DNA from: an uncultured Thermodesulfobacteriota bacterium | GTDB taxonomy: Bacteria; Desulfobacterota; S145-22 | Direction: 5' to 3' | Assembly: GCA_964556045.1 (NCBI GenBank) | Contig: CAZKUZ010000198.1 | Span: 1-43,351 of the forward strand | Length of the DNA: 43,351 bases | In this document: positions 9,691-19,719 of the stretch, one piece after another | Layout of the letters: the number at the start of each line of letters is the position of its first letter | Position numbering within the stretch: the stretch's first letter is position 1 | Notes under the pieces: model-generated | The model's input: only the letters and a program-made list of their open reading frames with translations | What the model was told of the DNA's origin: nothing | Databases searched by the model: none | Made by a program: the position numbers and the translations under genes

Positions 9691-9715
9691 GAAGGCGGGC
9701 ATGAAGCCCGCTTTC
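9691..9715 (+). promoter_or_regulatory. Leader hairpin (terminator-like) immediately upstream of rimP
   Basis: GCGGGC (9695-9700) pairs with GCCCGC (9706-9711) around the loop ATGAA, extendable to about 10 bp. A short interrupted T-tract (TTTCTATTT) follows. The SD and start codon at 9732 come next. Confidence 0.5.
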
Positions 9716-9731
9716 TATTTGAGAGGAATAA

Positions 9732-10187
9732 ATGAAGGACCTCAAGCTTGTTGAGGAGATTTGCAGAGAAATCGGAGATTGGATGGGGTTTGAGATCGTG
9801 GATGTGGAATTCGTTCCGGGAAACCGGGGTTGGGTTTTGCGTGTGACCATCGACAAGGAAGGGGGCGTGACGATCGATGATTGTGCCGCCTTCAGCCATC
9901 AGCTCGACCCTCGGCTGGACGTGGAGGATTGCTTTCCCGGCCAGGTATATACCCTCGAGGTCTCGTCGCCCGGCCTGACGCGTCCTTTGAAGAAACTGCA
10001 GGACTATACGCGGTTCCAGGGGAGAAAGGTCAAGATTAAGACATTGCGGGAGATTGAGGGCCGAAAGGTCTTCAAGGGTGTTCTGGCCGGGGAACGTGAC
10101 GGTCAGATTACCGTGAAAGACGGAAAAAGGGATGTCGTGATTCCCTTTGAGGATATTGTAAAAGCGAATTTAGAATTTGAATGGTAA
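9732..10187 (+). CDS. rimP: Ribosome maturation factor RimP
   Basis: It has the EVSSPGLTRPL motif, is 151 aa, and sits directly upstream of nusA. Confidence 0.93.
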   Translation: MKDLKLVEEICREIGDWMGFEIVDVEFVPGNRGWVLRVTIDKEGGVTIDDCAAFSHQLDPRLDVEDCFPGQVYTLEVSSPGLTRPLKKLQDYTRFQGRKVKIKTLREIEGRKVFKGVLAGERDGQITVKDGKRDVVIPFEDIVKANLEFEW

Positions 10188-10218
10188 CCCATTACCCATG
10201 CAGGGAGGATGATGAGGC

Positions 10219-11715
10219 ATGGCGCCATCATTGGATTATGTCATTGAGCAAGTACAACGGGAGAAAGGAATTTCCCGGGATGTCATCGTAGATGCCATAG
10301 AAACGGCCATATTGACAGCGGTACGCAAGAAGATGGGACAGGACCTCGATCTCGAGGCCCAGTACAACCCCGAGACGGGGGAGATCGAGGTTTTCCAGTT
10401 CCGGACCGTCGTGGAAGAGGTGGAAAACCCCGACACGGAGATCTCGCTGGAAGAGGCGCGCCGGGAGCTCGACGAGGAAAGCGAGGTGGGAGACAGCATC
10501 GGGGTGAAGATCGATACCAGCGATCTGGGAAGGATCGCGGCCCAAACGGCGAAACAGGTCATCATGCAGAAGGTCCGGGACGCCGAGCTTGAGAGTATCT
10601 ACGAACAGTACAAGGATCGGAAAGGCGACCTCATCAGCGGCACCGTCCAGAGGATCGAGCGGGGCGGGCATATCCTTGTGAACCTCGGGAAGACGGAGGC
10701 CCTTCTTCCCCTGAGTGAACAGATCCCCAATGAAACTTTTCGACGGGGAGAACGGGTCCGCGCTTTGATCATCGATGTGCGAAAAGAGACGCGGGGACCG
10801 CAGATCATTCTCTCCAGGACCCATCCAGGTTTCTTGATCAGGCTGTTTGAGCTTGAGGTCCCGGAGATTGCCTCGGGAGATGTCAAGATCGTCAACGCCG
10901 TTCGTGACCCCGGGCAGCGCGCGAAGATCGCCGTTTACACGAAGGATTCCCATATTGATCCCGTGGGTTCCTGCGTGGGGGTCCGCGGATCCAGGGTCCA
11001 GAACATCGTTCAGGAGCTTCGAGGGGAGCGGATCGATATCATCCCCTGGACGCCGGATTATACGAAGTTTATCTGCAGTGCCTTGGCGCCGGCCAAGATC
11101 TCGAAGGTCTTCATCGATGAAGAGAACCGTTCCATTGAGGTGATCGTTGATGATGACCAGCTTTCGTTGGCCATCGGGAAAAAGGGTCAGAATGTGAGGC
11201 TGGCGTCCAAGCTGACGGAGTGGCGCATCGACATCCGGAGCGAAACGGAACTCGAAGAGACCTTCAAGAAGGCCGTTTCGGATTTCATGGAGAAACTCGA
11301 TATCGGTGAGGTCCTGGCGAGGATGCTCTACAACGAGGGATTTGTGAGTGTTGAGGAGATTGCCGAGGTCGATATCGAAGAACTCCTGGAGATTGAAGGG
11401 TTGGAGGAAGAGAAGGCCCGGTGGATTCATGAAAGGGCGAAGGCTGCGGTAGAGGCCTCCGAAGCCCCGGAAGGGGAGGCGGCCGAAGGTGAGGTCCCTG
11501 AGGAAAAAGGCGGGGCCGGGAGTGATTTGAAGGCGCTGCCCGGCGTGGGGCCGAAACTCCTTTCGCAGTTTGAGCAGTCTGGGATCGAGACGGTTGAAAA
11601 GCTCGCGTCGCTGTCCCTGGAGGAACTCATGAAGGTTCCCGGGGTGGGCGAGAAAAAGGCGAAGGCCTTGCTGGAATCGGCGAAGGCCGCACTGGAACGG
11701 GGAGATGAGGCGTAA
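10219..11715 (+). CDS. nusA: Transcription termination/antitermination factor NusA (with C-terminal HhH/AR repeats)
   Basis: It has the NusA N-terminal domain, S1 and KH regions (GSRVQNIVQEL, AIGKKGQNVRLAS) and a C-terminal acidic HhH tail (LPGVGPK, VPGVGEKKA). Confidence 0.96.
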   Translation: MAPSLDYVIEQVQREKGISRDVIVDAIETAILTAVRKKMGQDLDLEAQYNPETGEIEVFQFRTVVEEVENPDTEISLEEARRELDEESEVGDSIGVKIDTSDLGRIAAQTAKQVIMQKVRDAELESIYEQYKDRKGDLISGTVQRIERGGHILVNLGKTEALLPLSEQIPNETFRRGERVRALIIDVRKETRGPQIILSRTHPGFLIRLFELEVPEIASGDVKIVNAVRDPGQRAKIAVYTKDSHIDPVGSCVGVRGSRVQNIVQELRGERIDIIPWTPDYTKFICSALAPAKISKVFIDEENRSIEVIVDDDQLSLAIGKKGQNVRLASKLTEWRIDIRSETELEETFKKAVSDFMEKLDIGEVLARMLYNEGFVSVEEIAEVDIEELLEIEGLEEEKARWIHERAKAAVEASEAPEGEAAEGEVPEEKGGAGSDLKALPGVGPKLLSQFEQSGIETVEKLASLSLEELMKVPGVGEKKAKALLESAKAALERGDEA

Positions 11716-12037
11716 TATTCCCATAAGGACCTGCATCGGGTGCCGGAAAAAGGGGACGAAGAACTCCTTGATCCGTTTTACCTTTGCCCTGGGAAAGGGG
11801 ATCCAGCTCGACAGGCGACAGGTTTTGCCTGGGCGAGGGGCGTATGTCTGCAGAGATTTGACGTGCCTGGAGAAGGCTTGGAAGAAAAAGGCCTTTGTCC
11901 GCGCATTGAGGATACCTCCTGCTCAACTGAAGGATATCAGCCCGGATGACGTAAACCGTCTGAAGGAAGAGATGGAAGTCCTGATTTCGGGGGAAGAGGA
12001 AAGATCCAAAGAAGGAGATTTAAATGAGCAAGCTTGA
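11705..12037 (+). CDS. ylxR: YlxR/RnpM family RNA-binding protein (DUF448)
   Basis: It has the RTCIGCRKK motif followed by GRGAYVC. It overlaps the nusA stop and the infB start. Confidence 0.9.
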   Translation: MRRNIPIRTCIGCRKKGTKNSLIRFTFALGKGIQLDRRQVLPGRGAYVCRDLTCLEKAWKKKAFVRALRIPPAQLKDISPDDVNRLKEEMEVLISGEEERSKEGDLNEQA

Positions 12038-14696
12038 TGACTTCTTGGAGTTGGCTCGGAAAAAAGGGTTAAGCGAAAAAGAGCGCATGGCAGAATTGAA
12101 ACGCCTTGGATTCAAGCTTACCAAGGAAGAGGTGGCCGAACAGCTTCATGAGTCAGAGAAAGAGGTGACTTCGGAGGAGGGAGAAACTTCCAAGGTCAAG
12201 GTTATCGAAAAGCGAATCAAGGGGAATGTTATCCGACGGCGGGTCCGTAAGGTCGCCAAACCGAAGGTTGAGGAAGAGAAACCGGCCGAAGAGGTTCCGG
12301 AGGCACCGGTTGCGAAGGAAGAAGAACGCCCTGAATCCCCTGCCGCCGCTGAAGACGTGAAGGCGGAAGCCGTGGAACCGGCTGAGACGAAGGAAGAGGT
12401 ATCCGAAGAGGTGAGTGCCGAAGCGGAGGCCGAGGCGCCGGCGGAGGCCGCCCCCACGGAAGAGAAGGCTCCTCCCGCGGAGACTCCCGAGAAAAAGGAA
12501 GAGGCCGTTTCTAAACCATCCGTCGAGGCGAAGCCGAAGAAAAAGAAGAAGAAAAAAGAGGAAGGCGCGCGGGTTACGGGTTTTGTCGATCTTACGGCTA
12601 TTCTCGAAAAGGAGAAGCTCGAGGCCGAGAAGAGGGCCCCCAAGAAGGAGAAGGCGAGGAAGAGCGAGGCGGGGGGAGAAGGTGTTGCCCCCTTGTCGGA
12701 GGTCGTGTCGAAGGAAGCCGGAAGGGGGGAAAAACCTGGAGCGGTTGAGGAAAAGACGCCTTCAAAGAAACGCCATAAGGTTCGGAGGAAGTGGGTCGAA
12801 CGTGATTTCAGGAAGGAGCTGAATGAATACCTCGCCGGCGCCAAGGGGCAGGGGGACGAAGCCCTGAGGGCCTCGCGGAAACATAAGAAGGAGAAGAGGG
12901 GTGCCAAGAAAGAGACCGTAACCACGGCACCGGCGAAAGAGATCAAGCGGGTTATCCGTATCCTCGACAAGATCTCCGTGGGTGAGCTTGCGAAGCGCAT
13001 GGGGGTCAAGATCGAGGAGGTGATGGCCAAGCTGATGGACCTCGGGATTCAGGCAAGCATCAACGAAACGGTGGACGCGGATACCGCAGGCCTGGTGGCG
13101 TCTGAATTCTCGTATACCGTTGAAGACGCCTCAAAGGATATCGAGGGTCTCCTCTACGATGAAGAGGATAAGGAAGAAGACCTTGTTTCCAGACCGCCGG
13201 TTGTGACGGTGATGGGACACGTGGATCATGGAAAGACCCTGCTTCTCGACGCCATCCGCAAGACCCACGTGGTCGATGAAGAGGCGGGCGGCATTACCCA
13301 GCATATCGGGGCCTACGAGGTGGACCTTGGGAAGGACAAGCGGGTGGTTTTCATCGACACCCCGGGCCATGAGGCCTTCACGGAGATGCGGGCCAGAGGG
13401 GCCCAGGTGACGGATATCGTCGTCCTCGTGGTGGCGGCCGATGACGGGGTGATGCCCCAGACGGTAGAGGCCATCAACCATGCCAAGGCGGCGGAGGTTC
13501 CCATCATCGTGGCCATCAACAAGATTGACAAGCCCCAGGCGCAGCCGGAAAGGGTCCGCCAGGCCCTGATGGAGCACGGTCTCGTTCCCGAGGAGCTTGG
13601 CGGAGAGACCTTGTTCGTGGAGGTTTCCGCGAAAACGGGACAAGGCATCGATGACCTCTTGGAGATGATTCTCCTCCAGGCGGAGATGATGGACCTGAGG
13701 GCCAATCCCAAGCGTAAGGCACGGGCAGTGGTCCTTGAATCGGGCATGGATCGAAGCCGGGGTGTTACCGCCACCACGATCGTGAAAAAGGGAACCTTGA
13801 AGAAGGGAGACTTTTTCGTGGTGGGGCCGAGTTACGGGAAGGTCCGTACCCTTATGGACGACAAGGGGAAAACCATAAAGTCTGCTGGGCCGTCCTCGCC
13901 CGTGCTGGTGCTCGGATTCGCCGAGATCCCGGAGGTCGGGGAGACCCTCTACGTGGTAAAGAACGAGAAGGAAGCCAAGCAGATAGCCACGTATCGTCGA
14001 ACGAAGATCCTGGAAGAGAAGGCCAGCGCGCAAGCCTCTGTTTCCCTGGATGACCTTTTCGAGAAGATCAAAGAAGGGGAGATCAACGAGCTGAACGTCA
14101 TCGTCAAGGCGGATGTGATGGGAAGCCTCAAGGCCGTCTGTGACGCCTTAGGAAAGCTTGGGAACGAAGAGGTTCGCGTCAATATCGTGCATCAGGCGGT
14201 GGGAGGAATCAGCGAGTCGGATATCAACCTCGCCTCCGCCTCCCGGGCCATCGTGATCGGCTTTAACGTGCGTCCCGAGCCGAAGGCGAGAAACCTCGCC
14301 AAGAAGGAAGGGGTCGAGATACGTCTCTACTCGATTATTTACGATCTGATCGACGACGTGACCAAGGCCCTGACGGGGATGCTGGCGCCCAAGCGGGAGG
14401 AAAAGGTTCTTGGCAGGGCGGAGGTTCGGGCTACTTTCTCCGTCCCGAAGGTCGGGGTCGTGGCAGGGTGTTACGTGGTGGACGGCGAGATTCCCCGCAA
14501 TGCCTTCGTCCACCTGCTTCGTGACAATGTGGTGGTCTATGACGGAAAGATTTCCTCCCTGAAGCGTTTCAAGGATGACGTCAAGGTGGTTCAGGCGGGA
14601 TACGAATGTGGCCTGGGTATCGAGAATTTCAACGATATCAAGGTCGGTGATATCATAGAGGCCTACATCATGGAGGAGACCGCGGCGGAACTTTAA
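12024..14696 (+). CDS. infB: Translation initiation factor IF-2
   Basis: The GTPase motifs are [20 protein letters not shown] and NKID. The N-terminal region is low-complexity and rich in K, E, A and P. Confidence 0.97.
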   Translation: MSKLDDFLELARKKGLSEKERMAELKRLGFKLTKEEVAEQLHESEKEVTSEEGETSKVKVIEKRIKGNVIRRRVRKVAKPKVEEEKPAEEVPEAPVAKEEERPESPAAAEDVKAEAVEPAETKEEVSEEVSAEAEAEAPAEAAPTEEKAPPAETPEKKEEAVSKPSVEAKPKKKKKKKEEGARVTGFVDLTAILEKEKLEAEKRAPKKEKARKSEAGGEGVAPLSEVVSKEAGRGEKPGAVEEKTPSKKRHKVRRKWVERDFRKELNEYLAGAKGQGDEALRASRKHKKEKRGAKKETVTTAPAKEIKRVIRILDKISVGELAKRMGVKIEEVMAKLMDLGIQASINETVDADTAGLVASEFSYTVEDASKDIEGLLYDEEDKEEDLVSRPPVVTVMGHVDHGKTLLLDAIRKTHVVDEEAGGITQHIGAYEVDLGKDKRVVFIDTPGHEAFTEMRARGAQVTDIVVLVVAADDGVMPQTVEAINHAKAAEVPIIVAINKIDKPQAQPERVRQALMEHGLVPEELGGETLFVEVSAKTGQGIDDLLEMILLQAEMMDLRANPKRKARAVVLESGMDRSRGVTATTIVKKGTLKKGDFFVVGPSYGKVRTLMDDKGKTIKSAGPSSPVLVLGFAEIPEVGETLYVVKNEKEAKQIATYRRTKILEEKASAQASVSLDDLFEKIKEGEINELNVIVKADVMGSLKAVCDALGKLGNEEVRVNIVHQAVGGISESDINLASASRAIVIGFNVRPEPKARNLAKKEGVEIRLYSIIYDLIDDVTKALTGMLAPKREEKVLGRAEVRATFSVPKVGVVAGCYVVDGEIPRNAFVHLLRDNVVVYDGKISSLKRFKDDVKVVQAGYECGLGIENFNDIKVGDIIEAYIMEETAAEL

Positions 14697-14708
14697 TGGG
14701 AAGCGACC

Positions 14709-15011
14709 ATGGTGATAGGGTATGGAATGATTGATCTCTTTATGGAGGGCGTCGGTTCGTTGAAGGGGAAACGGCGTATCGTGTTGAAGATACTCGATCG
14801 AACCCGAAACAAGTTTCCTGTTTCCATTACGGAGGTGGATATGCAGGACTTGTGGCAGCGGGCCCGGATCGGGTATTGTGTGGTCGGCACGAACCAGGAG
14901 ATTGTGCAACGCACGCTTACCCAGGTTTGTGATTACGTGGAATCCCTCCATCTGGCCCAGGTGACCCAGATGGAAACGGGAATTGTGATAGAAAAAGGAC
15001 AGAGGTTTTAG
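14709..15011 (+). CDS. DUF503 family protein (YlxP-like)
   Basis: It is 100 aa with the SLKGKRRIV motif and sits in the conserved position between infB and rbfA. Confidence 0.85.
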   Translation: MVIGYGMIDLFMEGVGSLKGKRRIVLKILDRTRNKFPVSITEVDMQDLWQRARIGYCVVGTNQEIVQRTLTQVCDYVESLHLAQVTQMETGIVIEKGQRF

Positions 15012-15015
15012 CGCC

Positions 15016-15366
15016 ATGAGAGGGCAGAGAACGGAGCGTGTTGGAGATAGGATTCGTGAAGTCGTCTCGCAGCTGCTGGTGAAAAAGGTGAAGGACCCGA
15101 GGGTCTCGTTCTGCACCATCACCCATGTGCGGATGACCTCAGACCTGAAGATCGCCCGCGTCTATTTTTCAGTGATCGAGGGGGTTCAGGACTGGCATAA
15201 GACCCTGAAAGGCCTCAACAGCGCGAAGGGTTATATCCGGCGCGAGTTGGGCAAGGAGGTCATTCTCAAGACGACGCCTCAGATCGAATTCATCCATGAT
15301 GATACCTTCGAAGAGATGGATAGAATCCAGTCGCTCCTGGATAAAGTGAAAGTCGAGCCTTTATGA
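15016..15366 (+). CDS. rbfA: Ribosome-binding factor A
   Basis: It is 116 aa with RVGDRIREVVSQLL...DPRV...ITHVRMTSDLKIARVYFS. Confidence 0.94.
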   Translation: MRGQRTERVGDRIREVVSQLLVKKVKDPRVSFCTITHVRMTSDLKIARVYFSVIEGVQDWHKTLKGLNSAKGYIRRELGKEVILKTTPQIEFIHDDTFEEMDRIQSLLDKVKVEPL

Positions 15367-16328
15367 AGAAGATAAGCGAAGAGATACTGAAACATCGAAA
15401 GTTCCTGATTACAACGCATGTAGAACCCGACGGGGACGCCGTGGGTTCCACCTTGGCCATGTGGCACGCCCTGAAGGCCATGAACAAAGAGGTGGTGGCC
15501 TGTCTGGCGGATCCGGTGCCCCCGATTTATCGTTTCCTCCCGGGCTCCCGTGAAATCCTCAGCGAGGTTCCTCTCGGATTCAGCCCGGATTGCGTGATCG
15601 TTCTCGATTGCAGCGAACTGCGCAGGGCGGGGAGAATCCTTGATGAGATTGACATGGAGACGGCCGTCCTGATGAATATAGATCATCACAACAGCAACAA
15701 GAAGTTTGGGGACTTCTGCATCGTGGAAGAGAGCGCGGCCACGGGGGAGCTGATCTACAAACTTTTGGGGGATCTGAAGGTTCCTTTGACGCATGACATG
15801 GGGATTTGTGTCTATACGGCGATCTTGACGGACACGGGAGGATTTCGATACCGGAACACCACCCGGCGCTCCCTCCAGATCGCCGCGGAAATCGTGGGCC
15901 TGGGGGTCAATCCTGGCGAGATCGCTGAAAGGGCCTGTGAGAGCTACCCGCTGGAGCGGTTTCAGATCCTGGGAAAGGCCTTGAGAAACCTACAGGTGAG
16001 TTGTGACGGTAAGGTCGCCGACTTCTTCGTCACACAGAAGATGTTTAACGGAAACGGAATCTCTCCCAGTATCGTGGAGGGATTCGTCAACTATCCGAGG
16101 GAGATCGATGGCGTCCTGGTCAGCGTCTTTTTCAGGGAAAAGGCGAAGGGACAGTATCGGGTGAGCCTACGGTCCAAAGGGGATGCCGATGTTTCCCGGG
16201 TCGCGCAGTTCTTTGGGGGCGGCGGGCACCGGAACGCGGCCGGTTGCCTGGTAGAGGGCGATTTTGAAACGGCGAGAAGGCACGTGCTCGAGAGGGTCTG
16301 CGAAGCGGTTCGGGGGTGTGAGGGGTGA
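15363..16328 (+). CDS. nrnA: DHH/DHHA1 family phosphoesterase (NrnA-like oligoribonuclease / pAp phosphatase)
   Basis: It has HVEPDGDAVGS, IDHH, DTGGFRY and GGGHRNAAG motifs. It overlaps the rbfA stop by 4 nt. Confidence 0.88.
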   Translation: MKKISEEILKHRKFLITTHVEPDGDAVGSTLAMWHALKAMNKEVVACLADPVPPIYRFLPGSREILSEVPLGFSPDCVIVLDCSELRRAGRILDEIDMETAVLMNIDHHNSNKKFGDFCIVEESAATGELIYKLLGDLKVPLTHDMGICVYTAILTDTGGFRYRNTTRRSLQIAAEIVGLGVNPGEIAERACESYPLERFQILGKALRNLQVSCDGKVADFFVTQKMFNGNGISPSIVEGFVNYPREIDGVLVSVFFREKAKGQYRVSLRSKGDADVSRVAQFFGGGGHRNAAGCLVEGDFETARRHVLERVCEAVRGCEG

Positions 16329-17272
16329 GAGACGTCAAAAAAGGGGGGTTCCTGATCCTCAACAAGCCCGCGGGAATGATTTCCAACCAGGCTCTGGGAC
16401 GAATAAAGAGATTGTTCAAAGTGAAAAAAGCGGGTTATATCGGAACCCTGGACCCGTTTGCGACAGGCGTGCTGCCGATCGCGCTGAACCAGGGAACCCG
16501 TTTGATCCCCTACTTTGAAAACGACATCAAGGGTTATGAAGGGGAGATAGAACTCGGTATCGAAACGGATACCATGGATTCCTCTGGCAAGGTCATCGCC
16601 ACGGCGACATCCCCCTCCCTCAGCTTTGAGGAGGTTCAGGCCATTTTCAAACGTTTCACCGGGGTCATCGAACAGGTTCCCCCCATGTATTCGGCCAGGA
16701 AGGTGAACGGGGTTCCCTTGTATAGGATGGCGCGGAAGGGAAAGGAAGTGGAACGGGGGGTCAAACGCGTGGTTATCCACGAGTTCGTCCTCAAGTCGAT
16801 CGAGGGAGCGAAGCTGAAATTTTCGGTCTCCTGTTCGAAGGGAACGTATATAAGGGTCCTCGCGCACGATGTGGGACGGGAGATAGGGTGCGGCGCGGTT
16901 CTCGCGAGCCTCTGCAGGGTCAGGAGCGGAAGGTTTTATATCGATGACGCCGTGACCCTGGAGGAACTGGAGGCCCTTGACCTGGAGGAACGGTGGGCGA
17001 GGGTTCTCGACAATCGGGAGGTGCTCGCCTCGTGGGAAGAGATCGTCGTCCCGGATGATGTGGTCCGCTCCATTTCAAACGGGCGGGCGATCTACTGGAT
17101 GGATGTGAAACGATACGACCTGCCATTGATAAAAGTGGAGGATCCGATTAAAATAGTATCGAAGGACGGCCGTCTTGCGGCGATCGTGAGAAGCCGTATT
17201 GCTCAGAAGGAGGAAGAGAAGAAGGACCTTTCTCCCGTAATTTATGAATTGGAGAAGGTGTTTGCACCTTAA
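16325..17272 (+). CDS. truB: tRNA pseudouridine(55) synthase TruB
   Basis: The GTG start overlaps the upstream stop. Motifs are ILNKPAGM, the catalytic Asp in GTLDPFATGVLPI, and YSA.KV.G.PLY. Confidence 0.94.
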   Translation: MRDVKKGGFLILNKPAGMISNQALGRIKRLFKVKKAGYIGTLDPFATGVLPIALNQGTRLIPYFENDIKGYEGEIELGIETDTMDSSGKVIATATSPSLSFEEVQAIFKRFTGVIEQVPPMYSARKVNGVPLYRMARKGKEVERGVKRVVIHEFVLKSIEGAKLKFSVSCSKGTYIRVLAHDVGREIGCGAVLASLCRVRSGRFYIDDAVTLEELEALDLEERWARVLDNREVLASWEEIVVPDDVVRSISNGRAIYWMDVKRYDLPLIKVEDPIKIVSKDGRLAAIVRSRIAQKEEEKKDLSPVIYELEKVFAP

Positions 17273-17298
17273 TCGGGAAGTAAAAAAAGGAGGCGTAA

Positions 17299-17568
17299 AT
17301 GGCTCTAACAGCTGAAAGAAAAGGAGAAATTATCCAGAAATTCAAGGTCCACGACTCGGATACCGGGTCTCCGGAGGTCCAGGTGGCGCTGCTGACGGAA
17401 AGGATCAGCTACCTGACCGAGCATTTCAAGGTTCACAAAAAGGATTTTCATTCACGCCGGGGGCTTTTGAAGCTCGTCGGCCAGAGAAGGAGACTCCTCG
17501 ACTACCTGAAGAGGAAGGATGTGGAACGGTATCGGAAACTGATCAAAGAGTTGGGACTGAGAAGGTAA
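17299..17568 (+). CDS. rpsO: 30S ribosomal protein S15
   Basis: It is 89 aa with [18 protein letters not shown]...HKKD.HSRRGL. Confidence 0.97.
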   Translation: MALTAERKGEIIQKFKVHDSDTGSPEVQVALLTERISYLTEHFKVHKKDFHSRRGLLKLVGQRRRLLDYLKRKDVERYRKLIKELGLRR

Positions 17569-17609
17569 TTAATATTTTAGCATGTAGTTTGATAGGAGAT
17601 TTGAAATAG

Positions 17610-19709
17610 ATGGATATGAAAGAAACACTGATGGTAGGGGGACGCCCCCTGACCATTGAGACAGGAAAGGTGGCCCGACAGGCCGATGGCGCGGTTGTGA
17701 TAACCCATGGGGACACGGTGGTCCTGGTGACCGCGGTTTCCGAGCGCGTAAAGAGGGAAGGACTCGATTTCTTTCCGTTGACCGTAAATTACCAGGAAAT
17801 GACCTTCGCGGCGGGAAAGATCCCCGGAGGCTTTTTTAAACGGGAGGGAAAACCCTCCGAGAGGGAAACCCTCATCTCGAGGCTGATCGACCGGCCCATC
17901 CGGCCCCTATTCCCGAAGGGATATAAGAACGAGACCCAGATTATCGCGACGGTGCTTTCCTTCGACCAGGAAAACGATCCCTCCGTGCTGGGAATCCTGG
18001 GGGCCTCCGCTTCTCTCGGCATCTCGGATATCCCCTTTGAGGGACCCATCGCCGCGGCCCGCGTGGGGCGTCTCAACGGCGAGCTTATCGCCTTTCCCAC
18101 CGAGGATCAACTGGCGGAAAGCGACATCGATCTGGTCGTGGCGGGAAACCGCGAGGCCGTATTGATGGTCGAGGCGGGTGCCAAGTTCGCCTCGGAAGAC
18201 GACATGGTTACGGCCATTCTCTTTGGCCACCGGGCGCTCCAGCCCTTGATCGAGGTTCAGGAAAAGCTGATCGAAAAGCTGGGGGTCGAGAAGAGGGAGT
18301 TCGAGCCGGAAGCCGTGGATGAATCTCTGGTTTCCTGGGTCAAAGATAAGGCGAACGGTCTTATTCGCGAGGCCCTCCTCATTCCCGTCAAAAAGGAGCG
18401 CCAGCAGCGGCTGAAGGAGGTCTACGAAGAGATCGTCAACAGCCTTCCGGAAGAGTTCGAGGAGCAGCGCTCAGCCGTCAAGGGGTGTTTCGAAGACCTG
18501 GAAAGGGAGATCCTTCGGGGCCTCATCGTCAAGGAGAAACGCCGGATCGATGGCCGATCCTTTACGGAGATCCGCCCGGTTTCCTGTGAGGTGGGCGTCC
18601 TTCCCAGGACCCACGGGTCCGCCATTTTCACCCGGGGAGAGACCCAGGCGCTGGTCGTCACGACATTCGGAACCTCGGAGGACGAGCAGAAGATCGATAC
18701 GATCACGGAGGAAGGGTACAAATCCTTCATGCTTCACTATAATTTCCCTCCCTACTGCGTGGGAGAGGCCAGTCCCCTGAGGCCGCCTAGCCGGCGCGAA
18801 ATCGGTCACGGCGCCCTGGCGGAAAGGGCCCTCAAGCCGGTCGTGCCGGACGAAACGAAGTTTCCCTACACGATACGCGTCGTCTCCGAGATCCTGGAAT
18901 CCAACGGATCGTCTTCCATGGCCACGGTGTGCGGAACCAGCCTTTCTCTGATGGACGCCGGAGTGCCCATCAGCCAGCCCATCGCGGGAATTGCCATGGG
19001 GTTGATCGAAGAGAAGGGCGAGATCGTCATCCTCTCGGATATCATGGGGGACGAGGACCATTCCGGGGACATGGATTTCAAGGTCGCCGGTGGCTATGAT
19101 GGCATCACCGCGCTTCAGATGGACATCAAGATCTCGGGCATCAGCGAAGAGATCCTGAAGAAGGCCCTCTACCAGGCCAAGGAAGGCCGCCAGCATATCC
19201 TGAACATCATGCGGATGACGCTGGACAAACCGAGGGAGGCCCTCTCCAAACACGCGCCCCGGATCACCACGTTGGAGATTAACCCCGATAAGATTCGTGA
19301 GGTGATCGGACCGGGCGGAAAGGTCATCCGGGGAATCGTGGAGAAGACGGGCGTCAAGATCGATATCGAGGACGGTGGAATCGTCAAGATCGTCTCGACC
19401 GACGCGGAAAAGGCGGATGAGGCCATTAAGATCATCAAGGAAATCGTCCAGGAAGCCGAGATCGGGAAGATCTACGAAGGAAAGGTTCGAAAGGTAGTCA
19501 ATTTCGGCGCCTTCGTGGAAATCTTTCCGGGAACGGACGGCCTCGTTCACATTTCCCAGTTGTCCGATGAGCGTGTCAGAGACATCTTCAGTTATATCAA
19601 GGAGGGAGACATCATTCCCGTCAAGGTGATCGATATCGATCGGGATGGAAAGATCAAGTTGAGCCGAAAGGCCGCCCTTAAAGAACTGAGGGAGAAGAAA
19701 GGCCAATGA
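17610..19709 (+). CDS. pnp: Polyribonucleotide nucleotidyltransferase (PNPase)
   Basis: It has two RNase PH domains (YNFPPYCVGE, GHGALAERAL) and C-terminal KH and S1 domains (GKVRKVVNFGAFVEI). Confidence 0.97.
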   Translation: MDMKETLMVGGRPLTIETGKVARQADGAVVITHGDTVVLVTAVSERVKREGLDFFPLTVNYQEMTFAAGKIPGGFFKREGKPSERETLISRLIDRPIRPLFPKGYKNETQIIATVLSFDQENDPSVLGILGASASLGISDIPFEGPIAAARVGRLNGELIAFPTEDQLAESDIDLVVAGNREAVLMVEAGAKFASEDDMVTAILFGHRALQPLIEVQEKLIEKLGVEKREFEPEAVDESLVSWVKDKANGLIREALLIPVKKERQQRLKEVYEEIVNSLPEEFEEQRSAVKGCFEDLEREILRGLIVKEKRRIDGRSFTEIRPVSCEVGVLPRTHGSAIFTRGETQALVVTTFGTSEDEQKIDTITEEGYKSFMLHYNFPPYCVGEASPLRPPSRREIGHGALAERALKPVVPDETKFPYTIRVVSEILESNGSSSMATVCGTSLSLMDAGVPISQPIAGIAMGLIEEKGEIVILSDIMGDEDHSGDMDFKVAGGYDGITALQMDIKISGISEEILKKALYQAKEGRQHILNIMRMTLDKPREALSKHAPRITTLEINPDKIREVIGPGGKVIRGIVEKTGVKIDIEDGGIVKIVSTDAEKADEAIKIIKEIVQEAEIGKIYEGKVRKVVNFGAFVEIFPGTDGLVHISQLSDERVRDIFSYIKEGDIIPVKVIDIDRDGKIKLSRKAALKELREKKGQ

Positions 19710-19719
19710 GACACGCTTT

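Noticed and set aside
10228-11736. A 502-aa ORF on the minus strand spanning the whole of nusA, longer than nusA itself.
   Set aside because: It is exactly antisense to a gene with unmistakable NusA motifs. Its product is low-complexity and rich in Arg, Pro, Leu and Gly, and it has no SD or promoter. Stop-free antisense frames are an expected by-product of GC-rich codon usage.
12415-12822. An Arg-rich alternative-frame ORF and an A-rich poly-Lys run (about 12535-12560, KKKKKKKEE) inside infB, considered as a possible overlapping gene or ribosome-sliding site.
   Set aside because: The region encodes the typical low-complexity K/E/A/P-rich N-terminal linker of IF-2. The alternative frame reflects the purine-rich repeat. 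The reading frame of infB is intact through it.
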